DNA of 63,291 bases, the filler included, from Bigelowiella natans CCMP2755 (Eukaryota; Protista; Cercozoa): assembly GCA_000320545.1 (NCBI GenBank). It is 5 parts of 5 records of this genome, joined end to end, with 100 filler letters (N's around TTAATTAATTAA, not from the genome) between each part and the next. Parts side by side here need not be neighbours in the genome. Positions count along the whole stretch, not along the records: positions 62,227 to 63,291 come from ADNK01003733.1; 4 more parts are not named here. One strand, written 5' to 3'. Both the position numbers and the translations under genes were made by a program. Shown here one piece after another: positions 62,293 through 63,291 of the stretch. Position 1 is the first letter of the stretch; each line of letters opens with the position of its first letter. The notes below the pieces were generated by a model. The model was not told the origin of the DNA. It was given only the letters and a program-made list of their open reading frames with translations, and made no database searches.

Positions 62293-62347
<55 letters not shown>

Positions 62348-62357
62348 TGTCTCTCAG

Positions 62358-63285
62358 GAGTTTCGGAGTGGAAAGTCCCCCATTCTAGTCGCTACCGACG
62401 TGGCAGGAAGGGGGTGGGATGTGAAAGACATAGTTCTTGTCATTAACTTCGACTTTCCCATAACGATTGAGGACTATGTTCACCGTATTGGGCGAACGGG
62501 GAGGGCAGGAAAGAAGGGCCATGCCGTGACATTCTTCACCTCCAAAGATTCCCGCCACGCCAGTGAATTGATACGCATTTTGGAGAAGGTCAAGTTAGTA
62601 AGATCACAAGCACGCAGTAGATTTCGAATGGTTTGTTGGCTATGTTGTTGTATTACGCGGGGAGACTTGCCATTGTTCGGCAGATATGCCTTGAACCACC
62701 ATGATGATCTCGTGAGTGTTATCATGCTAGAATCAAGCTGCTGCGGTTGTTTGCAGGAAGCGGCGACCTTGCAATGACATCGACGCAATGACAATTTACC
62801 CGAGGCTGTTATAACTTGACCGAACATCGTTCTTGCAGGCCAATCAAGAAGTCCCGCATGCGCTCTTGCGTTTCAAAGGAGCCTCTGGAGGACAGCGATT
62901 CGAGAGGGGTGGCAGAGGGGGGCGACGGGGAGGTGATGGCAGCTATGGAGGGGCCTACTACAATGGAAGAGATAGTGGTGGGTATGGGAGAGACCGTGGG
63001 ACTTACAGCAATGGTGCAGCCTTTGGAAGAAGTGGGAACAATGGTGCCCGTGGAGAAGGCGGAAGAGATATTCCCAACCGCGGAGAGTATGGTAGCAGAG
63101 GAAGAGGGCGAGGAGGATATGCAGCACAAAACGTGTATGAAGGAAGCAACGATAGCTTTGGCGGACGAGGACGAGGAGCGGGAACGAGAGACAACAGTAG
63201 AGGAGGAGGAGGGGGAAGGGGAAGGGGAAGGGGAGGCGGCCGAGGTCATGGGGAGGAGAACGGTTACAATGGTTCAATAGGTTGA
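62358..63285 (+). CDS. C-terminal part of a DEAD-box RNA helicase (DDX5/Dbp2-like) with RGG tail, two exons visible
   Basis: [46 protein letters not shown] (motifs V and VI). Splice LIRILEK|ANQEVP, then an RGG-rich tail. Confidence 0.9.
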
Positions 63286-63291
63286 CAACAG

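Noticed and set aside
62400-62425. Helicase motif V reads AGRGWD instead of the usual ARGLD
   Set aside because: Minor change beside a G run near a contig start. Cannot be distinguished from a base-call error.

Overview
Eukaryotic, intron-rich nuclear DNA, probably from a protist. Five contigs are joined by artificial 100-nt N/TTAATTAATTAA linkers (7867-7966, 21317-21416, 48722-48821, 62127-62226). Recognisable genes: a kelch-repeat gene in a ~5.7-kb tandem duplication, a coiled-coil/RRM gene, an ankyrin-repeat gene, a gamma-butyrobetaine/trimethyllysine dioxygenase, a large NHL-REJ-GAIN/GPS polycystin-1-like membrane protein, an SR-like RRM protein, an intronless subtilisin-like S8 peptidase, a PPR protein and the 3' end of a DDX5/Dbp2-like helicase. 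Several other multi-exon genes are uncharacterised. The main signal is non-coding. About ten intergenic islands of ~1 kb, mostly starting just 3' of a stop codon, have lost nearly all TpA dinucleotides to TpG/CpA; paralogous copies in the window show the direction. The same islands carry about 30 insertions of the form NNNN-CTAG-NNNN: a 4-bp target duplication (consensus M-N-N-K) around an invariant CTAG. Sister copies within the window show the empty sites. Together these suggest an undescribed intergenic mutation and footprint system. All counts were made by eye.
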